Positions 34,484 to 43,765 of a stretch of DNA of 46,742 nucleotides are shown here, one piece after another. The notes beneath the pieces are model-generated. The model ran no database searches. It was not told the origin of the DNA and saw nothing but the letters and a program-made list of their open reading frames with translations. The position numbers were made by a program, and so were the translations under genes. Numbering within the stretch: position 1 is the stretch's first letter; each line of letters begins with the position of its first letter. The stretch comes from Candidatus Iainarchaeum sp. (lineage in GTDB: Archaea; Iainarchaeota; Iainarchaeia; Iainarchaeales; DTGL01): the NCBI GenBank assembly GCA_038886995.1, contig JAWALG010000002.1, positions 1 through 46,742 on the forward strand, written 5' to 3'.

Positions 34484-35752
34484 ATGGCCTCTGACATAAG
34501 CGGCTTTTACAAGATGAGCCAGGAAGAGCGCCTTCACGTGCTTAAACAACAATGCGGCCTTTCTGAAGAAGATATTGCTCTTCTTAAGGAACTTAAGCCA
34601 ATGGACTTCAATACAGCAGAAATAATGATTGAGAATGTTGTCGGCGTATTTGGACTGCCTTTAGGCATAGCCACAAACTTCCTAATTAACGGCAAGGATT
34701 ATCTTGTGCCAATGGCTATTGAAGAAAGCAGCGTTGTTGCAGCAGCAAGCAAAGCAGCCAAGTTCGCAAGGCTCGGGGGCGGTTTTAAGGCAGAATCAAA
34801 TGAACAGCTTATGGTTGGTCAAATTCAGGTTATGGTAAAGGGTAGCAAAGCTCAAGAAGTCGCTAAAAAGATAAAGAAAAACAAAAAAATTCTTCTCGAA
34901 AAAGCCAATGCTTGTGATAAAGTCCTAGTTTCTTTTGGCGGCGGTGCCAAAGATTTAACCTTGAGAAAATTCAAGGATTTTATTGTAATACACCTCATAG
35001 TTGATGTTCGCGACGCCATGGGCGCAAATGCTGTCAATACTATGTGCGAAGCAATTGCTCCAGAAATTGAAAAAATCTGTGCCTGCAAAACAGGCCTTAA
35101 GATACTTTCAAATTTGGCTGTTTACCGCATCGCAAAAGCAAAAGCAGTTTTCCCAAGAGAAGCGCTTGAGAGCGATAGCTGCAGAGGCGCAGTTGAAGCT
35201 GTGCTTAATGCTTGGAAATTCGCAAGCGCTGATCCTTTCAGAGCAGTAACCCACAACAAAGGAATAATGAATGGCATTGATGCAGTTGCAATAGCAACAG
35301 GCAACGATTTTAGGGCTTTAGAAGCCGGGGCGCACGGGTTTGCTTCACTCAAAGGAAAATATAGGCCTCTCACAAAATATTCAAAGGACAAAAACGGAAA
35401 TCTGTTGGGCGAGATAGCTTTGCCTCTGCAGCTAGGCATAGTTGGCGGCTCTACAAGGGTAAATCCAATGGCTAAGCTATGCTTAAAAATTTTAGGTGTA
35501 AAAAGCGCTAAAGAATTAGCAGAAGTTGTTGCTTCTGTAGGTCTTGCGCAGAATTTTGCTGCAATTTATGCGCTTGCAACAGAAGGCATACAATACGGCC
35601 ACATGAAGCTACACGCTAAAAATATTGCTGTTCAAGCAGGAGCAAAAGCAGATGAAATTGATGTTGTTGCCGAAGAAATGATTTCTAAAAGATTAATTAA
35701 TGAAGCAGCAGCTAGGGAGATACTTAAAAAAATTAGGGGCGATAAGATATGA
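34484..35752 (+). CDS. hmgA: HMG-CoA reductase, class II
   Basis: ISGFYKMSQEERL N-terminus, EESSVVAAAS, DAMGANAVNT, GIMNGIDAVAIATGNDFRA and about 420 aa are class II features. ATG 34484 chosen; the longest ORF starts at TTG 34454. Confidence 0.85.
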   Translation: MASDISGFYKMSQEERLHVLKQQCGLSEEDIALLKELKPMDFNTAEIMIENVVGVFGLPLGIATNFLINGKDYLVPMAIEESSVVAAASKAAKFARLGGGFKAESNEQLMVGQIQVMVKGSKAQEVAKKIKKNKKILLEKANACDKVLVSFGGGAKDLTLRKFKDFIVIHLIVDVRDAMGANAVNTMCEAIAPEIEKICACKTGLKILSNLAVYRIAKAKAVFPREALESDSCRGAVEAVLNAWKFASADPFRAVTHNKGIMNGIDAVAIATGNDFRALEAGAHGFASLKGKYRPLTKYSKDKNGNLLGEIALPLQLGIVGGSTRVNPMAKLCLKILGVKSAKELAEVVASVGLAQNFAAIYALATEGIQYGHMKLHAKNIAVQAGAKADEIDVVAEEMISKRLINEAAAREILKKIRGDKI

Positions 35753-36780
35753 CTGCTGGGATAATAGGTTATGGTGTCTATGTTCCTAAGCTAAGAATAA
35801 AGGTAAGCGAGATAGAGCGTGTTTGGCAGAAAAGCTCTGGCGGCATAGGCGTTCAAGAGAAAGCAGTGGCTTCAATTGACGAGGATGCCTGCACTTTAGC
35901 AGTTGAAGCAGCAAGGCGCGGCATTGAAGATTTTGGCATTGACCCAAAAAGAATCAATGCAATTTATGTTGGGTCTGAGAGCCATCCTTATGCAGTAAAC
36001 CCAACATCTAGCATTGTTGGCGATGCTCTTGGAACAACAAACAAGTACTTTGCTGTTGACATGGAGTTTGCATGCAAAGCAGGCACTGCAGGCATGCAGG
36101 TCTGTTATGCTTTAAAGAAAGCAAAAATGATTGATGTTGGCTTAGCTATTGGCTCCGATACTGCGCAAAGCAAGCCAAACGATGCCCTTGAATTTACTGC
36201 TGCAAGCGGCGCTGCTGCATTTTTTATAGGTGATAAAAAAGAGGAAGTGATTGCAGAGATTGAAAGTACTTGTAGCTATACAAGTGATATGCCAGACTTC
36301 TGGCGCAGGCCTAAAGCCGATTTTCCTGAGCATACTGGAAGATTTACAGCAGAGGCATACTTTAAGCATGTTCTTGGTGCCACAAAGATGATTCTTGACG
36401 AAACAGGCTACAAAGCAGATGATTTTAATTATGCTGTCTTTCATCAGCCAAATGGCAAATTTCCACTAAAAGCAGCTAGCATCTTAGGAATAGATACTAA
36501 AAAAGTTGAACAAGGTCTTATAACACCGCTTATAGGCAACACTTACAGCGGATCAACAATGATTGGTCTTGCAAGTATTCTCGATGTTGCAAAGCCGGGA
36601 CAGAAAATACTTGCTGTGAGCTATGGCAGTGGTGCAGGAAGCGACGCTTTCATAATTAACACAACTGAAAATATCTCTGCAAGGAAAGCAAAGGTTCCTG
36701 TACTTGAAATGATTAAAGAGAAGGAGTATATTGACTACGCACTTTATTTGAGACATAGGCGCAAGATAAAGAGTTTGTAA
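35749..36780 (+). CDS. HMG-CoA synthase, archaeal type
   Basis: Thiolase-fold condensing enzyme of about 345 aa: GYGVYVP, ACKAGT (Cys), FHQPNGKF, NTYSGS. The ATG overlaps the HMGR stop (ATATGA). Confidence 0.85.
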   Translation: MTAGIIGYGVYVPKLRIKVSEIERVWQKSSGGIGVQEKAVASIDEDACTLAVEAARRGIEDFGIDPKRINAIYVGSESHPYAVNPTSSIVGDALGTTNKYFAVDMEFACKAGTAGMQVCYALKKAKMIDVGLAIGSDTAQSKPNDALEFTAASGAAAFFIGDKKEEVIAEIESTCSYTSDMPDFWRRPKADFPEHTGRFTAEAYFKHVLGATKMILDETGYKADDFNYAVFHQPNGKFPLKAASILGIDTKKVEQGLITPLIGNTYSGSTMIGLASILDVAKPGQKILAVSYGSGAGSDAFIINTTENISARKAKVPVLEMIKEKEYIDYALYLRHRRKIKSL

Positions 36781-36789
36781 GGTGATGTG

Positions 36790-37950
36790 ATGGTTGTTAT
36801 TGTTGGCGCTGGTGTTACAAAATTTGATGAACATTGGGACCTTTCGTTCAGGGAACTTATACTTGGGGCTGCCCTCAAAGCAATAGAAAGCTCAGGCCTC
36901 CACGGAGAAAAAATCGAAGCAATATACGGTGGTTGCATGGCATCAGGCAGATTTATTGGGCAAGAACACATTGGTGCGCTGATAGCAGACCAACTTGGCC
37001 TAAACCCAGTGCCAAGCACAAGAGTCGAAGCAGCATGTGCTTCTGGTGGCGTAGCATTGAGAACAGCGTACCTTTCAATAAAGAGCGGTGCACATGACAT
37101 AGTTGCTGTTGGTGGTGTAGAAAAGATGACTGAGCTTAGCACAGAAGGAGTAAGCTTTGCTTTAGGTGGCGCAGGAGACCAAGAAATAGAGCTATTCCAT
37201 GGTGCAACATTTCCAAGCTTATATGCGCTGCTTGCAAGAGCGCATATGCAAGAATTTGGTACAACAGAAGAGCAGATGGCTGCTGTTGCTGTAAAAAACC
37301 ATGCAAATGCAATGTTTAACCCAAACGCACAATTTCATCGCCAAATAACTATCGAAGAAGTAATGAAATCAGGCTATGTTGCAGAGCCAATAAAGGTTCT
37401 TGACTGCTCCCCAATAACTGATGGTGCTGCTGCCTTAATACTGTGCTCTAATGAAAAAGCAAGTGAGCTTGGCCTAAAAGGCGTTGAAATAATTGCTTCG
37501 GAGCAAGCATCAGATTCATTGGCAATCACAGGCAGGAAAAGCCTAACTGAGCTAAAAGCAACGAGAATGGCCGCACAAAAAGCATACCAAAAAACAGGCC
37601 TGAGCCCGAAGGACATTGACTTTGCTGAAGTGCATGATTGCTTCACAATTGCTGAGATTTTAGCCATTGAAGACCTGGGATTTTTTGAGAAAGGCAAAGG
37701 GGGCATAGCAACAGAAAAAGGCGAGACCTCCCTTAAAGGCAAAATACCAATAAACCCCAGTGGTGGCCTTAAAGGCAAAGGACACCCTGTAGGTGCAACA
37801 GGTGTTGCACAAGCAGCAGAAGCATACTACCAGCTTATGGGCACAGCAGGCGAGCGTCAAATAAAGAATCCAAAAATAGGCCTTACACATAATGTTGGTG
37901 GCTCAGGAGCAACAGCTGTTGTAACAATTTATAGGCGGTTCAAGGGGTGA
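36790..37950 (+). CDS. Acetyl-CoA acetyltransferase (thiolase), archaeal type
   Basis: VEAACASGG (catalytic Cys), EVHDCFT, GGLKGKGHPVGATG, NVGGSG. GGTGA lies 4 nt before ATG 36790 (GTG 36787 is the alternative). Confidence 0.85.
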   Translation: MVVIVGAGVTKFDEHWDLSFRELILGAALKAIESSGLHGEKIEAIYGGCMASGRFIGQEHIGALIADQLGLNPVPSTRVEAACASGGVALRTAYLSIKSGAHDIVAVGGVEKMTELSTEGVSFALGGAGDQEIELFHGATFPSLYALLARAHMQEFGTTEEQMAAVAVKNHANAMFNPNAQFHRQITIEEVMKSGYVAEPIKVLDCSPITDGAAALILCSNEKASELGLKGVEIIASEQASDSLAITGRKSLTELKATRMAAQKAYQKTGLSPKDIDFAEVHDCFTIAEILAIEDLGFFEKGKGGIATEKGETSLKGKIPINPSGGLKGKGHPVGATGVAQAAEAYYQLMGTAGERQIKNPKIGLTHNVGGSGATAVVTIYRRFKG

Positions 37951-37954
37951 TTCT

Positions 37955-38356
37955 ATGCAAAACATAGCGCCATTAAACTGGAGAAGGTTTCCAGAAAGGT
38001 ATCTTCTTAGGGGCAACTACTGCGAAGTATGCAAACAGGCATTTTTTCCGCCAAGGGCAATATGCCCAAATTGCAGGCGAAAGGGCAAGCTAGTGCAGAT
38101 GGAAATGCCAAGGCAGGGAAAAATACTAAGCTACACTAAGGTGCATGTGCCACCAGAGGGCTTTAAGAATGAAGCGCCATACTACTTAGCAATCATTGAG
38201 CTTGAAAATAAGGCAAGAGTGCTAAGTCAAATTGTTGACTCTGAACCAGAAAAAATAGCCATTGGCGCAAAAGTGAAGAAGGTTTTCAGACAAGTCGGAG
38301 AGCCAGACAAATACGGAACAATAACATATGGATATAAGTTTAAAGTCGTTCAATAA
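37955..38356 (+). CDS. DUF35 Zn-ribbon/OB-fold protein (scaffold of the thiolase/HMGS complex)
   Basis: CEVCKQAFFPPRAICPNCRRKG rubredoxin-like ribbon plus an OB fold. GGGGTGA lies 4 nt before the ATG. Confidence 0.8.
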   Translation: MQNIAPLNWRRFPERYLLRGNYCEVCKQAFFPPRAICPNCRRKGKLVQMEMPRQGKILSYTKVHVPPEGFKNEAPYYLAIIELENKARVLSQIVDSEPEKIAIGAKVKKVFRQVGEPDKYGTITYGYKFKVVQ

Positions 38357-38386
38357 TTATTATTGACATTGCCTAATGGTGGTTTT

Positions 38387-39382
38387 TTGAAGATTGTAAG
38401 GGCTAGCGCTCCAGGGAATCTTTTTTTAACAGGTGAACACGCTGTTGTTTATGGCCACCCAGCAATAATTGCTGCTGTTGATAAAAGAGCATACTGTACT
38501 GCAAATAAAGTTAGCAGCAAAAGGATTGTTGTAGTAAGCAGAGAGCTTGGCAAAGCAAAAGCAAATATAAAAAACAAAAAACTTATTGGGCGCGAAGGCA
38601 AGAAAGAGCTCTTTATTTTTTTCGACTTAGTTGAGAGCTTATTTAAAAGGCACGAAATTGAAAGTGGCCTTAATTTGAAAATTGAATCAGATGTCCCTGT
38701 TGAGTCAGGACTCAGCTCAAGTACTGCTACGCTTAGTGCAGTTTTACACTCACTCAATCTGCTTTTCGAACTTGAAATAAAAAGGGAAAACTTTTTTGAC
38801 TACCTCTATCCATTGCAGGCCAAGATTCATGGTGGCAAGGCCTCTGGTAGTGAGATTCTTTCAAGCTCAATAGGCGGCTACAATAGGATCCAAAAGATAG
38901 AGAAAGAAGGAAAGGCCACAATAAACTCAAATGATTTGGGCAAGCATTGCTTCAGGATAGTTGTGGGGAACACAAGAGTAAGAGCACCAACAGCACTAAC
39001 AGTTGGTATGCATGTACCATCACTTATTAAAAGGTTCCCCCGCATGGTTGAAGAAGAATTTGAGAAAATAAGCGTTATTTGCAATAAAATAGAGGTTGCA
39101 TTAAAAAATGAAGACATATATACACTAGGAAAGCTAATGAATGAAAACCAAAAAATACTTTCAAAGCTTGGCCTGAGTCATCCAAAGCTTGATGACTGCA
39201 TAAACGAGGCGCTTAATGCTGGTGCTCTCGGCGCAAAGCTTAGCGGCGGTGGTTGGGGTGGCGTAATGTTTGCATTGACAAAAAAAGGTGAAGAAACAAA
39301 GGTTGCAAAGGCAATAGAGCTTACTGGTGCTGAAGCAATGATTACTGCAATAGGTGGCGATGGTGCAAAAATATGCGAATAA
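38387..39382 (+). CDS. mvk: Mevalonate kinase
   Basis: SAPGNLFLTGEHAVVYG, the GHMP motif PVESGLSSSTA and KLSGGGWGG. Start set at TTG 38387 (GGTGG 4 nt upstream); the longest ORF begins at TTG 38363. Confidence 0.85.
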   Translation: MKIVRASAPGNLFLTGEHAVVYGHPAIIAAVDKRAYCTANKVSSKRIVVVSRELGKAKANIKNKKLIGREGKKELFIFFDLVESLFKRHEIESGLNLKIESDVPVESGLSSSTATLSAVLHSLNLLFELEIKRENFFDYLYPLQAKIHGGKASGSEILSSSIGGYNRIQKIEKEGKATINSNDLGKHCFRIVVGNTRVRAPTALTVGMHVPSLIKRFPRMVEEEFEKISVICNKIEVALKNEDIYTLGKLMNENQKILSKLGLSHPKLDDCINEALNAGALGAKLSGGGWGGVMFALTKKGEETKVAKAIELTGAEAMITAIGGDGAKICE

Positions 39383-39921
39383 TTGTTGCAGCATGCGGTG
39401 CTAGTGGCTTGAATTACACTGCACTCCTTATAAAAGAACTTAAAAAAAGAAATATTGAGTTGCACACCATTTTTTCAGAGTGGTCTCAGGAAGTAGCAAA
39501 GCACGAAGGCCAAAAGATTGACCTCAAAGGAATTAAAGTTTATAAAAACAGTGACTTAGCAGCAAGCATTTCTAGCACAAGCTTTCCTGTTGATGCGATG
39601 GTGGTAATTCCAGCCAGCATAAAAACAGTCAGTGATATAGCAAATGCACATACAGACAACCTAATTGCTAGGTGCGCTGACAACATGCTGAGGCAAAAAA
39701 AGGAGCTCATTGTTTGCGTAAGGGAGACCCCGCTTAGCGCGCCCGCGCTTGAAAACCTCTATAAAATTGCAATTTATGGCGGCATCGTCTTTCCACTTTC
39801 ACCTGGCTTTTATTCAAAACCAAAAAGCATTGCAGATATTGAGGCCTTTATAGTTGGCAAAATTTTAGATCTCCTCGGAATTGAAAATACACTTTATAAG
39901 AGGTGGAACAATGGATTTTAG
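39373..39921 (+). CDS. ubiX: UbiX-family flavin prenyltransferase (prenyl-FMN synthase)
   Basis: MRIIVAACGASG N-terminus, VIPASIKTVSDIANAHTDNLIARCADNMLRQKKELIV, about 180 aa. Confidence 0.8.
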   Translation: MRIIVAACGASGLNYTALLIKELKKRNIELHTIFSEWSQEVAKHEGQKIDLKGIKVYKNSDLAASISSTSFPVDAMVVIPASIKTVSDIANAHTDNLIARCADNMLRQKKELIVCVRETPLSAPALENLYKIAIYGGIVFPLSPGFYSKPKSIADIEAFIVGKILDLLGIENTLYKRWNNGF

Positions 39922-41257
39922 AAGTTTTATTCAAAAGCTTGAAAAAGATGGCTGCCTTATAAAAATAGAAAAACAAGTTTCAAAAAAATTTGAAGCTGCA
40001 GCAATACTCAAGGCCTTAGATGGCAAGCCAGTTTTATTTGAAAAAATTAAAGAATCGAATTTCAAGGTTGCTGGCAACATTTTTTCTTCAAAGCAATACA
40101 TTGCAAAATACTTCGGAGGCAAAGAGCAGGACCTGATAAAGATTATGGTAAAAGCCCTGAATAATCCAAAAAAACTTAAAGTTGCTAAAAAAGGTCCTTG
40201 CCAAGAAGTTATTATTGATGAAGAAAACATTGACTTAGATAAGTTGCCGATACTAAGGCACACAAAGATTGATGGTGGCAACTACATAACCTCTGGTGTT
40301 TTTGTAGCACGTGACAAAGAGCTTGGTATGAATGCTTCTTTCCACAGATGCATGCAGCTTGATAAAAAAACATTTTCAGTAAGGGTTTGTGAGCGTAATC
40401 TCTATGAGTTCTTGCAAAGAGCTGGTGGCGAACTAAACGTTGCTGTTTGTGTTGGCAATCCTGCAAGTGTGTTGCTTGCTGGAGCCACGAGTCCGCCAGT
40501 AGGTGAGTTTGAGTTTGAAATAGCAAGCGCACTTGAGAGATTTGAAGTAGTTAAATCAGCTTTTGCAGATGTCTATGTTCCTTCAAGCTCTGAGTTTATA
40601 ATTGAAGGCACTCTTACAATGAATGAGCTTGCTGACGAAGGCATGTTTTTGGACCTTACTGGAACAAGGGACTTCATAAGAAAGCAGCCCATTCTTAAGG
40701 TTAAAAGGATAACTCACCGAAGAAACGCAATTTGGCACGCTTTGCTTCCAGGAGGCAATGAACACGGCTTGCTTATGGGGATGCCAAGGGAACCCACGAT
40801 ATTTACAGAGGTTAGCAAGTTTGCAAAATGCAAAAATGTAAACATAACGCAGGGTGGCTGCTCTTGGTTGCACGCCGTAGTTCAGATTCAAAAGGAAAAT
40901 GATGAACAAGTAAAAAAAGTTATAGAAGCGGCATTTAAAGGCCACAGCTCACTAAAACATGTTTTTGTTGTTGATGAAGACATTAACGCTAACGATATGC
41001 AAGAAGTTGAATGGGCCTTCGCAACAAGGTTCCAAGGTGACAAGCAAATGCACGTTTTCCCAAAGCAGAAGGGCTCTAGCTTGGATCCAAGCGCAGAGCA
41101 ACCAAGTAGGCTCACCTGCAAAATTGGCTTTGACCTAACTGTGCCTTCTAACAAGGACAAATTAGATTTCAAAAAAGTTTCTTATGAGCGTATTAATATT
41201 TCAAAATACTTGGTGAAAAAAGATGAAGTTAAGCAAAGAAGAAAAAGAATTTCTTAA
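39911..41257 (+). CDS. UbiD-family decarboxylase, inferred trans-anhydromevalonate-5-phosphate decarboxylase
   Basis: MDFRSFIQKLEKDGCLIKI is a UbiD-type N-terminus; the length and GGNYITSGVF... also fit. AGGTGG lies 4 nt before ATG 39911. The functional call comes from context (between ubiX and the AcnX genes). Confidence 0.7.
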   Translation: MDFRSFIQKLEKDGCLIKIEKQVSKKFEAAAILKALDGKPVLFEKIKESNFKVAGNIFSSKQYIAKYFGGKEQDLIKIMVKALNNPKKLKVAKKGPCQEVIIDEENIDLDKLPILRHTKIDGGNYITSGVFVARDKELGMNASFHRCMQLDKKTFSVRVCERNLYEFLQRAGGELNVAVCVGNPASVLLAGATSPPVGEFEFEIASALERFEVVKSAFADVYVPSSSEFIIEGTLTMNELADEGMFLDLTGTRDFIRKQPILKVKRITHRRNAIWHALLPGGNEHGLLMGMPREPTIFTEVSKFAKCKNVNITQGGCSWLHAVVQIQKENDEQVKKVIEAAFKGHSSLKHVFVVDEDINANDMQEVEWAFATRFQGDKQMHVFPKQKGSSLDPSAEQPSRLTCKIGFDLTVPSNKDKLDFKKVSYERINISKYLVKKDEVKQRRKRIS

Positions 41258-42404
41258 TGGAAAGCACGGCAAAGCAGCAAAAAAGGCAATGGAAATTCTA
41301 GTTGCACTTGGAAACATTTACTCTGCAAAAAGATTAATTCCAGTGGAAAGCGTTCAGATTGCAGGAGTAAGCTACCACAATTTGGGTGATGCCGGTCTTG
41401 GTCTTTTAGAGGAACTTGCCCAAGACGCAAAAGTGATAGTTCCTTTGACAACTTTGAACCCGGCAGGAATGGACATTGAAAATTGGCAGTCCTTAGGCAT
41501 TAATAAAAATTTTGCTGAAAAACAGCAACGCGTAATTGATACTTTTAAGAAGATGGGGGTGTTGGTTACGTGCACATGTACACCTTACTTAATAGGCAAC
41601 ATTCCAAAGTATGGGGCACATATTGCCTGGAGCGAAAGCAGTGCAGTGTGCTTTGCAAATTCAGTGCTTGGCGCAAGGACAAACCGTGAGAGCGGCTTTT
41701 CAAGCTTGGCTAGCGCTTTAACAGGAAAAACACCTGAGTATGGCCTGCACTTAGAAAAGAACCGTAAGCCAAAATACTTAGTTGAAGTTAAAACAGAACT
41801 TAATGACATAACTGACTTTGGGGCTCTTGGAAAAGCTTTGGGGGAAAAAATTGGAAGCGAAGTTCCTTTAATAAAAGGAATATCCTGCGCAAGCATTGAT
41901 GAATTAAAGAGCTTTTGTGCATCAATTGCAACTTTCGGTGGCACTGCGATTTTCCACATGGAAGGCATAACCCCTGAAAAGGTCAAGCCTCCAAAAAAGA
42001 AAGTATACATAACAAGAGCTGATATTGAAAAAGCCAAGGCATCTCTCACAGACACTAAAGAGCATGACTTTGTTGCTATTGGCTGTCCGCACGCATCAAT
42101 AACTGAAATCCAGCAGATTGCAAAAGCGCTGAAAGGAAAAACCGTAAAGAAAGAATTTTTGATTTTCTGTGCAAGGCCTGTAAAAAAAATTTCTGACACA
42201 ATGGGCTATACTGAAATTATTGAAAAAGCCGGGGCAAAGTTTGCTTGCGACACTTGTATGGCAGTAGCACCTCTAAAAGGCAGATTTAAGAGTATGATTA
42301 CTAATTCTGCAAAGGCCTGTTTTTATGGTAGGGGCTCAAATAACTTCAAAGTTAGGATTGCTACGCTTGAAGAATGTATAAAGGAGGCCTTAAATGATTC
42401 TTAA
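41223..42404 (+). CDS. Aconitase-X catalytic subunit (DUF521), inferred phosphomevalonate dehydratase large subunit
   Basis: MKLSKEEKEFLNGKHGKAAKKAMEILVALG is the characteristic DUF521 opening. Cys-rich core (TCTCTP, GCPH). GGTGA SD. Confidence 0.75.
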   Translation: MKLSKEEKEFLNGKHGKAAKKAMEILVALGNIYSAKRLIPVESVQIAGVSYHNLGDAGLGLLEELAQDAKVIVPLTTLNPAGMDIENWQSLGINKNFAEKQQRVIDTFKKMGVLVTCTCTPYLIGNIPKYGAHIAWSESSAVCFANSVLGARTNRESGFSSLASALTGKTPEYGLHLEKNRKPKYLVEVKTELNDITDFGALGKALGEKIGSEVPLIKGISCASIDELKSFCASIATFGGTAIFHMEGITPEKVKPPKKKVYITRADIEKAKASLTDTKEHDFVAIGCPHASITEIQQIAKALKGKTVKKEFLIFCARPVKKISDTMGYTEIIEKAGAKFACDTCMAVAPLKGRFKSMITNSAKACFYGRGSNNFKVRIATLEECIKEALNDS

Positions 42405-42780
42405 AGGGAGAAAAATTTCATCAGGCAAGGCACAGGGCGAGTGCCTTTTCAGTGAAAAGCCAATATCCTTCTTTGGCGGCGTTGATCCAGAGAAAGGACT
42501 TATTATTGAAAAAGGCCATCCGCTAGAAGGCAAGAGCATAGCAGGAAAAATACTTGTGTTTCCTTTTGGCAAAGGCTCAACTGTTGGAAGTTACACAATT
42601 TATCGCTTAAAGAAAAACAATAAGGCACCGGCTGCACTTATCCTAAAAGAATGTGAAGCAATTGTGGCAATAGGTGCAATACTTGCAGAGATTCCTTGTG
42701 TTGATAAGATAAAGATAGAAAAGTTGAAACAGGCCTCAGAGATTAAAGTAGATGCTGACAAAGCGCAGGTGATTATTTGA
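42394..42780 (+). CDS. Aconitase-X swivel subunit (DUF126), inferred phosphomevalonate dehydratase small subunit
   Basis: GKAQGECLFSEKPISFFGGVDPEKG...GKILVFPFGKGSTVGS...APAALI. AGGAGG SD. Confidence 0.75.
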   Translation: MILKGRKISSGKAQGECLFSEKPISFFGGVDPEKGLIIEKGHPLEGKSIAGKILVFPFGKGSTVGSYTIYRLKKNNKAPAALILKECEAIVAIGAILAEIPCVDKIKIEKLKQASEIKVDADKAQVII

Positions 42781-43565
42781 AAGACCTTGTGCTAATCAAG
42801 ATTGGTGGCTCACTTATAACTGACAAGCGCAAAAGAGAGAAGGCACGTTTGGATGTAATCAATTCTTTGGCTTCTGAAATAAAGCCCTTTGTTAAGAAGA
42901 AAAAGCTTATAGTTGCACATGGCGGCGGAAGCTTTCCTCACTATCCAGCAAAGGAATATAGAGTTAATGAAGGCATTTTAAACAAGGATAGCCTGAAGGG
43001 GTTTTGTCTTACAAATGATGCAGCCGCAAGGTTAAACCGTATAGTAGTCAAAGCTTTTTTGAATGCTGGAATAAACGCAATAAGTATTCAACCAAGCGCT
43101 TTTATGCTTTGCAAACATGGCGAAGTAATTTGTGGTGATGTGAGGGTAATTAAAGAAGCACTAAAAAATAGAATAGTTCCTGTGCCATACGGCGATGCTG
43201 CTTTCGATACATTCAAGGGAATAACCATAATTTCAACAGAGCAGATACTTGCACACTTGGCCTTAAAGCTAAAAGCCAAAAAGATAATTGTTGCAGGCAT
43301 AGTTGATGGCGTTTATACTTCAGATCCATTTTCAGATCCATCAGCAAAGATTATCCCTAGAATTACAAAAGAAAATTTCCCAAAAATAAAAGGAATGCTT
43401 TCAGGGTCACATGGTGTTGATGTAACCGGCGGCATGCTCTCAAAGGTTGAAGAGCTAGTTGCTCTTTCAAGAAAAGGAATAAAATCCCAAATAATAGGCG
43501 CAGAGAAAAACGGTAATCTGAAAAGGGCAATACTTGGGCACAGAGTAGGCACAATCATTGGGTAA
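42777..43565 (+). CDS. ipk: Isopentenyl phosphate kinase
   Basis: Amino-acid-kinase fold with LIKIGGSLITDK, AHGGGSFPH and DVTGGM. The TTG start overlaps the upstream stop (TTGA), with AGGTGA 4 nt upstream. Confidence 0.8.
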   Translation: MKDLVLIKIGGSLITDKRKREKARLDVINSLASEIKPFVKKKKLIVAHGGGSFPHYPAKEYRVNEGILNKDSLKGFCLTNDAAARLNRIVVKAFLNAGINAISIQPSAFMLCKHGEVICGDVRVIKEALKNRIVPVPYGDAAFDTFKGITIISTEQILAHLALKLKAKKIIVAGIVDGVYTSDPFSDPSAKIIPRITKENFPKIKGMLSGSHGVDVTGGMLSKVEELVALSRKGIKSQIIGAEKNGNLKRAILGHRVGTIIG

Positions 43566-43765
43566 GTAGTGACACTATTGGGGCCAAGGAAGGATACGAC
43601 AAGAGAGCTTTTCAAAGAGTCGCTTAAAGCAAATAAGAGCTTCGGGAACAACTTAAAAGAGAAATAAAGGAAGAACTTAAAGAAGAGATGAAAAAAGACC
43701 TTGCCAATGAATTGCAAAATAAATAAGAATAACCCTTTAAATAAAGTTGCAATTTTATCTTTTTT

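Noticed and set aside
43566-43765. K/E-rich mini-ORFs in the IPK-IDI2 spacer (32-codon GTG ORF VTLLGPRKDTTRELFKESLKANK...; 12-codon MKKDLANELQNK)
   Set aside because: They are too short, split over two frames, and have no SD. They could be the decayed remnant of a coiled-coil gene or simply purine-rich spacer, and cannot be supported as a feature.
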